Notes under the pieces: generated by a model | Database searches by the model: none | Told to the model about the DNA's origin: nothing | What the model saw: only the letters and a program-made list of their open reading frames with translations | Position numbers and translations under genes: made by a program | Source: a bacterium | GTDB lineage: Bacteria > AUK180 | Direction of reading: 5' to 3' | Assembly (NCBI GenBank): GCA_023144005.1 | Contig: JAGLGN010000006.1 | Span: 1,841 to 65,840 of the forward strand | DNA length: 64,000 bases | In this document: positions 1-10,230 of the stretch, piece after piece | Numbering within the stretch: the stretch's first letter is position 1 | How the letters are laid out: the number at the start of each line of letters is the position of its first letter

Positions 1-338
1 CCGCGAGTGAAGGTATAATTACTTGTGAACATCCAGCCGTCCTTCTCACCATAAGCATCATCGGCTCTGTCCACGGAGCGCCAGCCAGGTGTCTGTATCA
101 GAAGCGCACCTGTTATAGTATCAGAAATGGTCGCATACCTCGCGGATCCGTATGTTCTTGTCAACTCTCTTACTATCTTGTCGATGTACATCTCTGTTTC
201 CGCCTGAGCTTTCCTCTTGGCAAGGCCGTTCCTGATGGAATTGTATGCCGTGTATATCATGCCGAGCACCAAGAGCGAGACCGACATAACGACGAGAAGC
301 TCAATTAAAGTAAAGCCTTTTCTTTTAGTCTTCATCAT
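1..338 (-). CDS. Type IV prepilin-like protein (PilW/PulJ-like), runs off the window edge
   Basis: Not in the ORF track. Manual translation gives MMKTKRKG|FTLIELLVVMSVSLLVLGMIY..., a class III signal peptide; open to position 1; starts 5 nt after the stop of the giant pilin. Confidence 0.85.
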   Translation of the reverse strand, partial: MMKTKRKGFTLIELLVVMSVSLLVLGMIYTAYNSIRNGLAKRKAQAETEMYIDKIVRELTRTYGSARYATISDTITGALLIQTPGWRSVDRADDAYGEKDGWMFTSNYTFTR

Positions 339-343
339 TACCA

Positions 344-3300
344 CTAATTACAGGAACAACCGGCTTTCTTGAGACAATTGACCATAACTGTCGCAACATC
401 GCTGCCGGAAGCATCGTTCACCGTGACCGTGACCGTAAAGGTCTGTGTCACATTATCCGAGAAGGTGTAGCTGGTCGTTGTCTTAGGACCGTCAGTCTTG
501 GAAGACGACTTACCATCTCCCCAGTCAAAAGCATAGTGAAATATAGTATCGTCGGGATCGTCTACGGTCACAGTAAAGCCCATAACTACGCCGCCAAGTA
601 ATGTGCATGAGAAAGAGGTTATAACAGGCGGCTGATTGACGCCGATACATGCAGCGTCCTTTTCACAATCGGAGTCGGCACAATCGATATTTCCGTCACC
701 GTCATTGTCTATAGCATCGTTACAATTTGTTTCAACTGTTTGACACAGATAGTAAACACTGCAATCCGGGTCATCGCAATCCACAAGGCCGTCGCCGTCA
801 TCGTCGCTTCCATTGTCGCAGATCTCCGGATTAACGGCTACGCAATTTGCCGCAGCGACACAGTCCGGATCATCACAATCGGTATAGCCGTCGCCGTCAT
901 CGTCAAGGCCATTATTACAAATGGTTTCAATCTTGACACATGCAGTATGGTCTACACAGTCCGTATCCTCGCAATCAATGTAGCCGTCCCCGTCATTATC
1001 CACACCGTCATCACAGATCTCAGTATCGATTCCGGTGGGTGCTGGGAAAAGGATCACGACCATCGTATCCGTATCATAGGCGCCAGAAGGATCTACCACC
1101 TCCAGATACACATCAATATATGCGGGTTCGCTATCATCCGCGCCACCCTTGGCAATAAGAAAATCATCTTCTGTAAATGTATGATAGTATGTGGCACCAT
1201 AATGTGAATTTCCGGTAGAGAAGGCCCAGTAATATGTAAGGTCCGTTAGTGCATCATCACAATCACCCGAACCTCTCGCGTCAAAGTACATCATATTTCC
1301 CACGGTGGTAAAATTATCCGCTCCGGCATTCGCTACCGGCGGGTAATTATATCCCCAGTCCTTCGTGCTGAATATATAGGTCTGCGGACATTTATACTCC
1401 TGAGATTGATCAGTTTTCACAATGATCTCGAAATCACATTGATCCATACCAAATGGAACTGCCTCATATGGAAGATCGGTAATTTGATTTGAAAAATGCA
1501 AATACAGCTTTACGGTGCTGCCGTAATCAGGGATCCACAGATTGGAATGGATCGAGGAGTTCAATTGCAATTCTATCGGGGCTCTTTCTCTTGAGCCCGG
1601 TGTCGGGGAATCATCCCTCCAATCCCAGATAACTCCTCCATTAGACGGATAATATGTGGACGATCCCTGGATCTCTATGGTTATCCTGTCGATATAAGGA
1701 AATGCCGAGGAGGTATCTCCCGAAGAAAGACAGATACTTTTGTATGTCGGTTCTTTGATCTCAATGGAATCAAGGATCATATCCCCGTGGCGGAAGTTCT
1801 CCAATGTGAGGACCACGGTATCATTGCTCGGCCCTTCAAGGACAACATCGCCGCTTAAATAAGGATCACTCATCCCGCTAGGGAAATAAAGGGCGTCGGC
1901 CTGATGGATGGTGAGGAAGCTTACACCTGGGTTATCTTCACTCGGTGGATTATACACATAATTATACGAAGAATCATATGCCATGGTCCTGAACCATAGA
2001 TCATCACGGCTATCGGGAGTTATATACCATTTGACATTATACCAGGTTTCAGGAGGCGAGACAGGAATATAGTGCACATGAGGGGTCATATCGCCGCCGA
2101 AATACATAATGTCCAACGGTACAGCCGCGAATGCCGTTTGGTAAACACCGCATTCATCGATAACATCAAAATCGATGATTATCGGCTCTATATTTGAGGC
2201 AACGCACTCTGAAAAACCAAGTCCGCCGTAATTGAAAACGATATTCGGAGGGCTGTTATCAAATTCAGTAACCTTTATATAGGTATCTTCGGCGTCGCCT
2301 ACGGGTATCATAGTAAAGGAATCACATTTATCATATGCGACTATCTCATAGTAGATATCCGGCAGGTTATCATAGGTACCGCCGCCGGACCAATCTTCAA
2401 TGGCGGTTTCGGGGATCGTCCATGTGAATCGACCCTCCGCGTCCGGGCCTTTTCTGTCGTATATCTCGATCAGAGAGCCCTTATTCCCCGCAGCATCCAG
2501 TTTGGCATAATAAGCCTGTACACGGTTCAGATCAAGTCCGGCAACACCATTGGCGCCGTCCAATATGGTCGCCATGACGAGGCCGTCACAAGCATTGGCA
2601 ACTATTTGTGAGCTGTAATCGCTAATGGTAGGGGGCTGAGAATCATAAATATTCAAGGTAGCGGAATTTGAGTAAGACTCCCTCACAGTAACCGTGCAGT
2701 CCTCTCCGATGAAATCGTCCTGAACATAGACCTGGAGGAACATATCAAAAGGCTCTTCGCCGGCGTATTCCTCGGTACATACGGAATCATTACCGTAGGG
2801 AGAGCCCATATCCGCATTAATAACAGCCGAGGCGGGAACATCAGCCGCATAATAATTCAAACTGCCGGCGTTTTTCAATTCCAATGATACCGCATCAGCT
2901 ATCGTTTCACCGTAATACCAGTAAAGCAATGTAAGCTGCGGCAGCCTTGAAGGACAATTATCATTCAAACCCACTCTGACAGTAAAGGCCGTAGAAACAG
3001 GCAGCGCCTGGGAGGTCCAGTCAATTGCGGCTCCGCCGATGGCAATGATCTCAATATTGTCGATCGAAGGATTATCACAGCATGATTTATCCATTGGTTC
3101 AAAACTGGAGATCACTGTAGAAAGAGTATATTCCTTCATTCTGACCTCTTCAAAGAAAGCATTATCCCCTGAGAGTAGAGCATTCAGGGCAGCTGTGATC
3201 GTAACCATCCGTCTGGTCTCGGGCCAGGAAACGTGGACGGTTACCCTCTTCATATCAAGGCCCTGTCCGGTATAGTCATCAGCGAGATTATTATCTGAAT

Positions 3301-3664
3301 CTATTATTGCTCTTATACGATAGGGTTTATCTTCAGTTCCCGAAAGATCCTGTTCCATGACCACATATTCCACCTCTTCTTTAACAAAGTATTTTTTGGT
3401 GAGTTTGACGCCCATAGATACATAGATATCCCTGTCGTTCTCATAGAGCCAGTTGACATCGGATATGCTGTTGAAATCCGACTGTGCGCGCGACTCAATA
3501 AGATCGATACGGGTCTTTGCAATGAGCTTTGCCTCGTTCTTATGTGTAAGTTGTCTGGCGTTAGCGCCTACTACTCCCAACATCCTGATCACGGCAAAAA
3601 GTCCGACGGTTATAATGGTAACTGCAACAAGAAGCTCGATTATCGTGGTACCTTTGCGTTTCAT
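344..3664 (-). CDS. Giant prepilin-type (PilV-like) protein with PKD-like domains and Cys/Asp-rich repeats
   Basis: N-terminus MKRKG|TTIIELLVAVTIITVGLF; PKD-like motifs (PPVANAG..FDARGS.D; YAFDWGDG); SD GGAGG upstream. Confidence 0.85.
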   Translation of the reverse strand: MKRKGTTIIELLVAVTIITVGLFAVIRMLGVVGANARQLTHKNEAKLIAKTRIDLIESRAQSDFNSISDVNWLYENDRDIYVSMGVKLTKKYFVKEEVEYVVMEQDLSGTEDKPYRIRAIIDSDNNLADDYTGQGLDMKRVTVHVSWPETRRMVTITAALNALLSGDNAFFEEVRMKEYTLSTVISSFEPMDKSCCDNPSIDNIEIIAIGGAAIDWTSQALPVSTAFTVRVGLNDNCPSRLPQLTLLYWYYGETIADAVSLELKNAGSLNYYAADVPASAVINADMGSPYGNDSVCTEEYAGEEPFDMFLQVYVQDDFIGEDCTVTVRESYSNSATLNIYDSQPPTISDYSSQIVANACDGLVMATILDGANGVAGLDLNRVQAYYAKLDAAGNKGSLIEIYDRKGPDAEGRFTWTIPETAIEDWSGGGTYDNLPDIYYEIVAYDKCDSFTMIPVGDAEDTYIKVTEFDNSPPNIVFNYGGLGFSECVASNIEPIIIDFDVIDECGVYQTAFAAVPLDIMYFGGDMTPHVHYIPVSPPETWYNVKWYITPDSRDDLWFRTMAYDSSYNYVYNPPSEDNPGVSFLTIHQADALYFPSGMSDPYLSGDVVLEGPSNDTVVLTLENFRHGDMILDSIEIKEPTYKSICLSSGDTSSAFPYIDRITIEIQGSSTYYPSNGGVIWDWRDDSPTPGSRERAPIELQLNSSIHSNLWIPDYGSTVKLYLHFSNQITDLPYEAVPFGMDQCDFEIIVKTDQSQEYKCPQTYIFSTKDWGYNYPPVANAGADNFTTVGNMMYFDARGSGDCDDALTDLTYYWAFSTGNSHYGATYYHTFTEDDFLIAKGGADDSEPAYIDVYLEVVDPSGAYDTDTMVVILFPAPTGIDTEICDDGVDNDGDGYIDCEDTDCVDHTACVKIETICNNGLDDDGDGYTDCDDPDCVAAANCVAVNPEICDNGSDDDGDGLVDCDDPDCSVYYLCQTVETNCNDAIDNDGDGNIDCADSDCEKDAACIGVNQPPVITSFSCTLLGGVVMGFTVTVDDPDDTIFHYAFDWGDGKSSSKTDGPKTTTSYTFSDNVTQTFTVTVTVNDASGSDVATVMVNCLKKAGCSCN
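647..1021 (-). repeat. Four tandem coding repeats E(T)xCx(N/D)(G/A)xD(N/D)DGDGxxDCxDxDC
   Basis: Seen directly in the translation of 344..3664; resembles Cys/Asp-rich Ca-binding repeats of myxobacterial surface proteins. Confidence 0.85.
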
Positions 3665-3746
3665 AGGTCCTCCTCTATTGCTAATTAAATTGCACTTTAT
3701 GTGCCAATGGCTTATTTGCCGCTATATTGGACAGATTTCGGACAAA

Positions 3747-4247
3747 TCACCATCGGTCAAGGCAATTATCGACAATTTTAACTGAAATTTTTGTAAACGC
3801 CTCTTCTATCGCGTCGTCTTCCCTGTTCTTGGTATCTCTTTCGGGATAATAATAACCATGGTCAGTTATCTTTCCCTCTTTCAATATCTCCTCTCCCTCT
3901 TTGAATTCATACTCTACCGTGAAGCCGATACGGTACTGCAGCGGCTTGCTTTCTTCATCGAACATCGAGGCCTTTTTCAGGGCATCCGTGATGCTGATAA
4001 CAAGCACACCGCCGGCACGGGATCGATCGGAGGAAATATTGCGGATTCTGATACCGGCATTTGAAAAAGCGTCCGATATTGCGCTTTCCATAATGAAGTC
4101 ACAGGGAAATTCTGTAATGTTCGATATACTTGAAAGCTCAAGTCTACGCTCACCGTTCAAGAGTAAGTTGCCGAATGTATATCCGCAGCCGGTGAACATC
4201 GGAATAAGGATGCTAAATAATAATATTGACCATTTTGCCCGGAACAT
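3747..4247 (-). CDS. lptE: LptE-family LPS assembly lipoprotein
   Basis: Lipobox FTGC followed by GY; directly downstream of and overlapping leuS, the conserved leuS-lptE order. Confidence 0.7.
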   Translation of the reverse strand: MFRAKWSILLFSILIPMFTGCGYTFGNLLLNGERRLELSSISNITEFPCDFIMESAISDAFSNAGIRIRNISSDRSRAGGVLVISITDALKKASMFDEESKPLQYRIGFTVEYEFKEGEEILKEGKITDHGYYYPERDTKNREDDAIEEAFTKISVKIVDNCLDRW

Positions 4248-6633
4248 AGATCTCCTTGCGTATCGTCATTCCCTGTAAATGCTTCTTGATATTAGGGTTG
4301 GATAGCGCGTACTTCAATATTTCTTTCTTTGTAGCGCTTCTGCCCACCGTAATAACGGCTCTTAATTTACCCTTGATCTGCACCGGTATCTCTATCTGAT
4401 CGGTCATCAGGGCGGTCTCATCGTGAACAGGCCACTGCTTCTCAAAGATAGATCCACCGCCAAAAATGAGTTTATTGTATTCCTCAGCCAAATAAGGAAA
4501 AAACGGCGCCATCACCTTGATGAACATTGCCTTTGTATCCTTAGACAGGGAGAAGTCAGCAGATTCCATCTTTTTATGGATGAAGTTAACATATTCCATC
4601 ATTGCGGCTATTGCTGTATTCAATTTAAACCGCTCAATATCCGAATTTACTTTTTTTACCAGAAGATGGGTCTGGTACCTGATCTCCTTGTCATCGTTAT
4701 TCCCTTCCTTCGCGTCCAATACGGTCTGTATCCTCGAGATAAACCTCTTGATAGAATCGACGCTTGATTCCTTCCATTCCAGATCCGCTTCCGGAGGTGC
4801 GATAAAAAGGATAGTGCCGCGAGCTACATCGACGCCCTCTTTCTTAACGAACGGGCCTACGGGAACCGCATTACCCTTGGATTTTGACATCACCTCCAGA
4901 TCACCGTTGATACGGTTCATGACCATTCCTTGAGTAAAGAGCTGCTTGAACGGCTCCTTATGAGAGATCATTTTAATATCATGCAGGAACTTGGTGATAA
5001 AACGCGAGAACATCAAATGGAGTATGGCATGTTCGACTCCGCCGATATACAGATCCACAGGAAGCCAGTAATCCGCCTTATCTTTTGAAAAAATGCTGCC
5101 GCTGTTCAAGGCATCGGTATAGCGCAAAAAATACCATGAGGAATCCACGAAAGTATCCATCGTATCGGTATCCCTCTTTGCGTCTTTTCCGCATTTGGGG
5201 CATTTCGTATTAACAAAATCATCCACGGACCCGAGCGGTGAAATCCCCTTTGGCACATAGTCCACCTTGCGGGAATCAGGCAGCAGTATGGGAAGATTCT
5301 CGATCTTCTCGGGGACCATGCCGCAATCCGGGCAATGTATCATGGGGATCGGTGCGCCCCAATACCTCTGCCTGGAGATCAGCCAGTCGCGAAGGCGGTA
5401 ATTTACCGTGCGCTTGCCTTTGCCCGCCGCTTCCAGATGCTCAATTATTTTTTCGATGGCATCAGAGGATAGCATCCCAGTGAATTCACCGGAATCCGTC
5501 ATAATGCCCGGTTCGATATATGCATTTGTCATTGATGATATGTCTAATTGTTCATTCTCGGGATTGATAACGACCTTAACAGGTATGGAATATTTCTTTG
5601 AAAAGGAAAAATCACGCTCATCATGGGCGGGAACTCCCATCACACTGCCGGTGCCGTATGTAGCAAGGACATAATCCGCCACAAAGATCTCTACATCTTC
5701 TCCGGTAAGGGGATTAACCGCATACACTCCGGTAAAAACACCGTCCTTTTCGGTTTTGGTGCCGGTACGCTCCACCTCGGATTTCTTGCGCGCCTGATCA
5801 ATATATGCGTCAAGCTCTTGTCTTTTTTCAGAGGTAATGTCCAATGAGTTAAGCAAAGGATTCTCCGGGGCGACGGCCATGAAGGTAACTCCGTAAAGAG
5901 TATCCGGACGGGTAGTATAGACCTTTATCTCTCCATCTCCGCTTTTCAAAGGGAAGTTAACTGTTACTCCATAAGAACGGCCGATCCAATTCCGCTGCAT
6001 GAGCTTCACTTTCTCAGGCCAGAGCGGAAGGTCTTCGAGATCTTCCAGTAATCTGTCAGCATATTTCGTTATGCCGAAATACCATTGCTCCAGATCCTTC
6101 TTTGTTACTTCCGTGCCGCATCGGTAGCACTCACCGGATTCAACCTGCTCATTAGCGAGTACCGTCATACACGACGGGCACCAGTTCACAGGGGCGTTTG
6201 ACCGGTATGCCAGACCATTTTCATAGAGCTGAATGAAGAGCCATTGAGTCCATTTATAATAATCGGGCAGGCATGTTGTTACTTCCCTGTCCCAATCATA
6301 GGTTATTCCTAGTTTTTTAAAGGTTTCTTTTGAAACTGAAATATTTTCTAATGTCCATTCTTTCGGTGATATTTTTCTTTGTATCGCGGCATTCTCCGCG
6401 GGAAGTCCGAAAGCATCCCAGCCCATCGGATGAAGGATGGAATATCCTTTCATCTTATAGTATCTGGTATATACATCCCCTATAACATAATTTCTAAGGT
6501 GGCCGACATGAAGATCTCCGGAAGGATATGGGAACATTTCAAGGACATAGAATTTCTTTCCCTTCTCATCCGCCTTGAAGATATTCTTCTCTTCCCAATA
6601 ATTTCTCCAATACTCTTCATTTACCTGCATCAT
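4213..6633 (-). CDS. leuS: Leucine--tRNA ligase
   Basis: MFPYPSGDLHVGH (HIGH), VMSKS (KMSKS) and RQRYWG motifs; start moved to the ATG at 6633 after a GGAGG SD. Confidence 0.97.
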   Translation of the reverse strand: MMQVNEEYWRNYWEEKNIFKADEKGKKFYVLEMFPYPSGDLHVGHLRNYVIGDVYTRYYKMKGYSILHPMGWDAFGLPAENAAIQRKISPKEWTLENISVSKETFKKLGITYDWDREVTTCLPDYYKWTQWLFIQLYENGLAYRSNAPVNWCPSCMTVLANEQVESGECYRCGTEVTKKDLEQWYFGITKYADRLLEDLEDLPLWPEKVKLMQRNWIGRSYGVTVNFPLKSGDGEIKVYTTRPDTLYGVTFMAVAPENPLLNSLDITSEKRQELDAYIDQARKKSEVERTGTKTEKDGVFTGVYAVNPLTGEDVEIFVADYVLATYGTGSVMGVPAHDERDFSFSKKYSIPVKVVINPENEQLDISSMTNAYIEPGIMTDSGEFTGMLSSDAIEKIIEHLEAAGKGKRTVNYRLRDWLISRQRYWGAPIPMIHCPDCGMVPEKIENLPILLPDSRKVDYVPKGISPLGSVDDFVNTKCPKCGKDAKRDTDTMDTFVDSSWYFLRYTDALNSGSIFSKDKADYWLPVDLYIGGVEHAILHLMFSRFITKFLHDIKMISHKEPFKQLFTQGMVMNRINGDLEVMSKSKGNAVPVGPFVKKEGVDVARGTILFIAPPEADLEWKESSVDSIKRFISRIQTVLDAKEGNNDDKEIRYQTHLLVKKVNSDIERFKLNTAIAAMMEYVNFIHKKMESADFSLSKDTKAMFIKVMAPFFPYLAEEYNKLIFGGGSIFEKQWPVHDETALMTDQIEIPVQIKGKLRAVITVGRSATKKEILKYALSNPNIKKHLQGMTIRKEIYVPGKMVNIII

Positions 6634-6778
6634 TGCCTCCGATTGGCTAGTGTGCCGTTCCATAAATACCATAACAATGGCTGATGCTATCGCATCCCAT
6701 ATTCATGGAACAGCACGCTAATTTATCAATATTCTACAAAATCCGCAAGGAAAATCCCTGCGAGGTCAGAAATGTATC

Positions 6779-7174
6779 TTACTCTGCGGCTACCAGGACC
6801 TCTTCACGATCCTTCCATGCAATTACGCCGAGAATGATCAGATTCACTATTGGTATGAGGAATAAAAGGAACCATATTGGGGGATAATTTCTTCTTTTGA
6901 GTATTTCTATCCAGACCATGATCCCGAATACTATGTTCGCTATAGGAACAAATATTATCATAGCGATCCACCACATTGGTTTCTGGGCGATCATTATCAT
7001 AAGTACAAGATTCAATATCGGTATCCAGGCGAACCATGCGTTTTCAGTATTGGTCTTTTTAGCGATGGTCTGAAGGACCAGTGCCATATACACATAGAGA
7101 ACAATTGACAATAACCAAGAAAATGCTACTGTTCCTGCTGCCAATCCTGCTGCTGCTACATCAACTTCGTTCAT
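6779..7174 (-). CDS. Small membrane protein (DUF5684-like)
   Basis: Hydrophobic segments with repeated AWIPILN / FLIPIVN motifs; AGGAGG SD. Confidence 0.75.
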   Translation of the reverse strand: MNEVDVAAAGLAAGTVAFSWLLSIVLYVYMALVLQTIAKKTNTENAWFAWIPILNLVLMIMIAQKPMWWIAMIIFVPIANIVFGIMVWIEILKRRNYPPIWFLLFLIPIVNLIILGVIAWKDREEVLVAAE

Positions 7175-7353
7175 AAAACCTCCTGATTCATATTATTTTA
7201 AGGTATTATGAGTTTTTTTGCAAGCGATTTAACGGAGAATACGGGAGGCGAAATACTCCACATGGCCACAATCGGACCCCGGATTGAGATGTATGCCGGA
7301 AATTGAATTCTTCTTACATAAATGCTATATTCCCCTATAATTAGGAGGTAAAA

Positions 7354-7746
7354 ATGCCAACAATAAAAACCGTAAACAAAGGTGATTTGCTTGCTGAGAC
7401 TATCATAGGGAACCACAAGGTTCTAACTGACCTGCCCGAAAGCTGGGGAGGAAAAGACAGAGGACCCTCTTCTACCGACCTTCTCGTGGCATCGCTCAGT
7501 TCTTGTATAATGGGAATTGTGGCTAACTACTGTAAACAGGCAGAGCTTGACGCTACAGGTATCGAAATTGAAATTTCCTTTGACTATGCCACAGATCCCA
7601 TGAAGCTTGTAAATATCCACCCGCATATTTCCCTGCCTAATGAAGAATTAAAAAAGCGAAAGAACGCCATTCTAAATGCCGTAGAAGTCTGTCCCGTCCA
7701 TACCACCATTTGCGAAACTGATAATATCACGGTTACAGTTGGATAA
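7354..7746 (+). CDS. OsmC/Ohr-family protein
   Basis: D.P..WGG.D.GP...DLL.ASL.SC and CPVH motifs; AGGAGG SD. Confidence 0.9.
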   Translation: MPTIKTVNKGDLLAETIIGNHKVLTDLPESWGGKDRGPSSTDLLVASLSSCIMGIVANYCKQAELDATGIEIEISFDYATDPMKLVNIHPHISLPNEELKKRKNAILNAVEVCPVHTTICETDNITVTVG

Positions 7747-7940
7747 TCACTGAGAGAATTCGGGATTCGCAAGTTTGAATATTCAAAGGCATACGGGTTG
7801 AGAAATAACAAGTCGAGGTTTGTTGTAGAATGGGAAAAAGAAACACACTGTTTTCATTTTCTATCCTATTCTTTCTGCCTCCTTTCTTCTAATTGTTAAC
7901 GGCAATTGTATTTTACGCTTGCGCACTGGCCCTCATCGTT

Positions 7941-7968
7941 TTGCAAATTTTCGGCTAAGTGTTATAAT
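7941..7968 (+). promoter_or_regulatory. Sigma70-type promoter, likely leaderless transcript
   Basis: TTGCAA-16nt-TATAAT with TG extension; ATG follows 5 nt after the -10; no SD. Confidence 0.55.
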
Positions 7969-7973
7969 CACAT

Positions 7974-8351
7974 ATGCATTGCATTATCTGTCAAACACCA
8001 TTATTTGATAAGAAAGCTTACAAAAGCCAGAGTCACAAAAAATACATAAAATGTCCCGGATGCGGAAATGTCTTCAAAATACAAGTGCCAAAGGAGATCC
8101 ATATGCTCTTTCTATTTGTTATTGCAGGAATAGTTATCTGGATCTATAAGGGAGAACACAATCTGAGTCAGGCGGCGATGAAGATATTTTCGGGGGTCGT
8201 ATTCTCAAATGTCCTCTCATTTGCCATTGCGCCGCTAATGGCTTCATATGATTTCTCTCGGCTCGAATTGATACACATCGATGATCCTTCGGAAATTTCA
8301 GCATCAAAATATTTCAATTTCAAGAAGAAAAAGAAATCCAAAGATAATTGA
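7974..8351 (+). CDS. Hypothetical membrane protein with N-terminal Zn ribbon
   Basis: CIIC...CPGC followed by two hydrophobic helices. Confidence 0.65.
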   Translation: MHCIICQTPLFDKKAYKSQSHKKYIKCPGCGNVFKIQVPKEIHMLFLFVIAGIVIWIYKGEHNLSQAAMKIFSGVVFSNVLSFAIAPLMASYDFSRLELIHIDDPSEISASKYFNFKKKKKSKDN

Positions 8352-8381
8352 TTTATTGCACGATATAGATTAAAATTAATA

Positions 8382-8927
8382 AGTGTAGTGTTTCATAATT
8401 AGCTTGATAATGGAATGCTTAGATTTAAGTCAATTCCGACGTACAATGAGCGCGGTGTACCCTTTGTGGTACATAAGCGAAGAGAAAGGAATAAATTGAC
8501 CAAAGATGGGATTCCCTTCGGGCTGAAGCTCTTTTTCCGTCTTCTGCGTTGCTAGTGCTCTTTTTCATAAATACGATGGCAATGGAATGTTTCGATTTGA
8601 GTCAATTCCAACGAACAATAAGCGCGGCGTACCCTTTGTGGTCCGTAAGCGGAGAGAGAGGAAGAAATTGACCAAAGATGATATTCCCTTCGGGCTGAGG
8701 CTCTTTTTCTGTCTTCTGTGTTGCTCGTCGCTTACATACCGCTGTGGGTATGCGACGATCCTCGCTCTTAGAATCCAGAACAAAATAGCATCAGCCATTG
8801 TTACCGTATTTATGAATCAGAGCACTCATTGCTTACATACCGCAGTGGGTATGCGGCGTTCCTCACGCCTCGAATACGGAATAAAATTGCATCAGCCATT
8901 GTCCAGCCAATTATAAAACACTTCACT
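8382..8927 (+). mobile_element. 273-bp fold-back MITE-like element, outer copy (8382-8553 plus 8827-8927), interrupted by a second copy
   Basis: 172+101=273 bp; ~32-bp TIR variant AGTGTAGTGTTTCATAATTAGCTTGATAATGG / CCATTGTCCAGCCAATTATAAAACACTTCACT; interior matches the other copies. Confidence 0.9.
8554..8826 (+). mobile_element. 273-bp fold-back MITE-like element, nested inner copy
   Basis: AGTGCTC...GAGCACT; 273 bp; aligns with the 15526 and 37664 copies. Confidence 0.92.
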
Positions 8928-8929
8928 AT

Positions 8930-8957
8930 AGTGTAGTGTTTTGTGATTCAGAGCACT
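8930..8957 (+). repeat. 28-bp remnant made of fused element ends
   Basis: AGTGTAGTGTTT (left end of the outer-copy type) joined to GATTCAGAGCACT (right end). Confidence 0.6.
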
Positions 8958-8969
8958 AAGCGGGGCTTT

Positions 8970-10199
8970 ATGAAAAGATCAATATTGCTACTTTGCCTGT
9001 TTTCATTGCTTATCGTCTTTGCTGATAATAAAATTCCGGCAGCATTTATCGACCTGCAAGAAGGAAATGCCGTGAATAAAGGATTGGTACTTACCATCTC
9101 CGATTATTTCCGTACTCAATTGGTCAATAGGGGGAAGTACCTGATAGTTTCACGCGAAAGTATGGAAGATATCTTGAAGGAACAGCAGTATCAGATATCC
9201 GGATGTACCAGTCAGGAATGCCTCGTACAAATGGGTAAGGTTCTCGGAGTAAGGAGTATGTTCGTGGGAACCCTTGGCAAGGTCGGTTCGATCTTTCTTC
9301 TCAATATCAAGCTCATCAGCGTTGAGACCGGAGAGATCATCGAGGCCACATCGGCGGAAGCGGCTTCCGAAGAAGCGCTTTTGGAAAAGATCAGGCATAT
9401 GGCGGATGAGCTCAGCGGCATTGAGACCGCGCCTGCATTCATGACCTCTCCGATCACTGCTGCACCGAAGAAGGCCACAACGGGCGATGTGCCCAAGTTC
9501 AAGGGACACAACTTCCTGATATTCACATACGGCATCGGCGGCGGCTCGATGAGGTTGAATTTCAGCAATACCAATGACGAGATACTTAAATCGCATCTTG
9601 GGATAACCGGGACTTTTTCCGACCCCTTTGATAATATTGAATGGCGGCATTTGAAAGCTGATATCTCACTCCCGCTTTCTCTGAAGATCGGCGGTGTTTT
9701 CGCCTTTGAAGGGAAAAAGGGATATCCCGGCCTTACCGTAGAGATCTTCTATCAGAATATGGATATCATCGCCCAGGAAACTGCCGTTTATGTTAACGGC
9801 TACGATGTGGGAACCACCGTATTTGTCTATGACAGTTATTTCTCCATAGGAATGCTTGCGGTGGATGTTCAGATCGTATATTATTATGAAATGGCAAAAG
9901 CCGTATCAATTTACGGCGGAGCTGGCTTCGGAATGACAATGAATATGTGGCGATCCGATCATATACTCGGTTATACAACGGGAAGCGGATCATTTGAATC
10001 TCCTGTATCCGGGTATTCCACGGGATTAATGGTGCATCTCCCATTGGGAATAATGGCAGAGATCGGACAATTTAAATTAATGGTGGAATGGGGATTCTGG
10101 GCAACTCTCTTCACATTCACACGAAATGTGGAAGATGAAGAGGATACAGCCGACATCCTGGTCCCGCTGCTGAAATTCGGAGTGGGAGCGAAATTCTGA
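8970..10199 (+). CDS. Secreted protein: CsgG/TolB-N-like domain plus C-terminal outer-membrane beta-barrel
   Basis: Signal peptide MKRSILLL; R..ME.IL.EQ.YQ.SGC....C.V.MGK.LG motif; amphipathic strands ending GVGAKF. Confidence 0.75.
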   Translation: MKRSILLLCLFSLLIVFADNKIPAAFIDLQEGNAVNKGLVLTISDYFRTQLVNRGKYLIVSRESMEDILKEQQYQISGCTSQECLVQMGKVLGVRSMFVGTLGKVGSIFLLNIKLISVETGEIIEATSAEAASEEALLEKIRHMADELSGIETAPAFMTSPITAAPKKATTGDVPKFKGHNFLIFTYGIGGGSMRLNFSNTNDEILKSHLGITGTFSDPFDNIEWRHLKADISLPLSLKIGGVFAFEGKKGYPGLTVEIFYQNMDIIAQETAVYVNGYDVGTTVFVYDSYFSIGMLAVDVQIVYYYEMAKAVSIYGGAGFGMTMNMWRSDHILGYTTGSGSFESPVSGYSTGLMVHLPLGIMAEIGQFKLMVEWGFWATLFTFTRNVEDEEDTADILVPLLKFGVGAKF

Positions 10200-10230
10200 G
10201 AGACCGGAGAATTTAGGTATATAATAAGCA

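Noticed and set aside
8552..8826. TA or CT target duplication for the 273-bp element
   Set aside because: CT could be argued for the nested copy only; other flanks (GCC|AAG, CTT|TGT, TAA|ATC) show none, and frames restore with zero extra bases.
8382..8957. CRISPR array
   Set aside because: Repeats are long, nested and dispersed, with no repeat-spacer periodicity and no cas genes.
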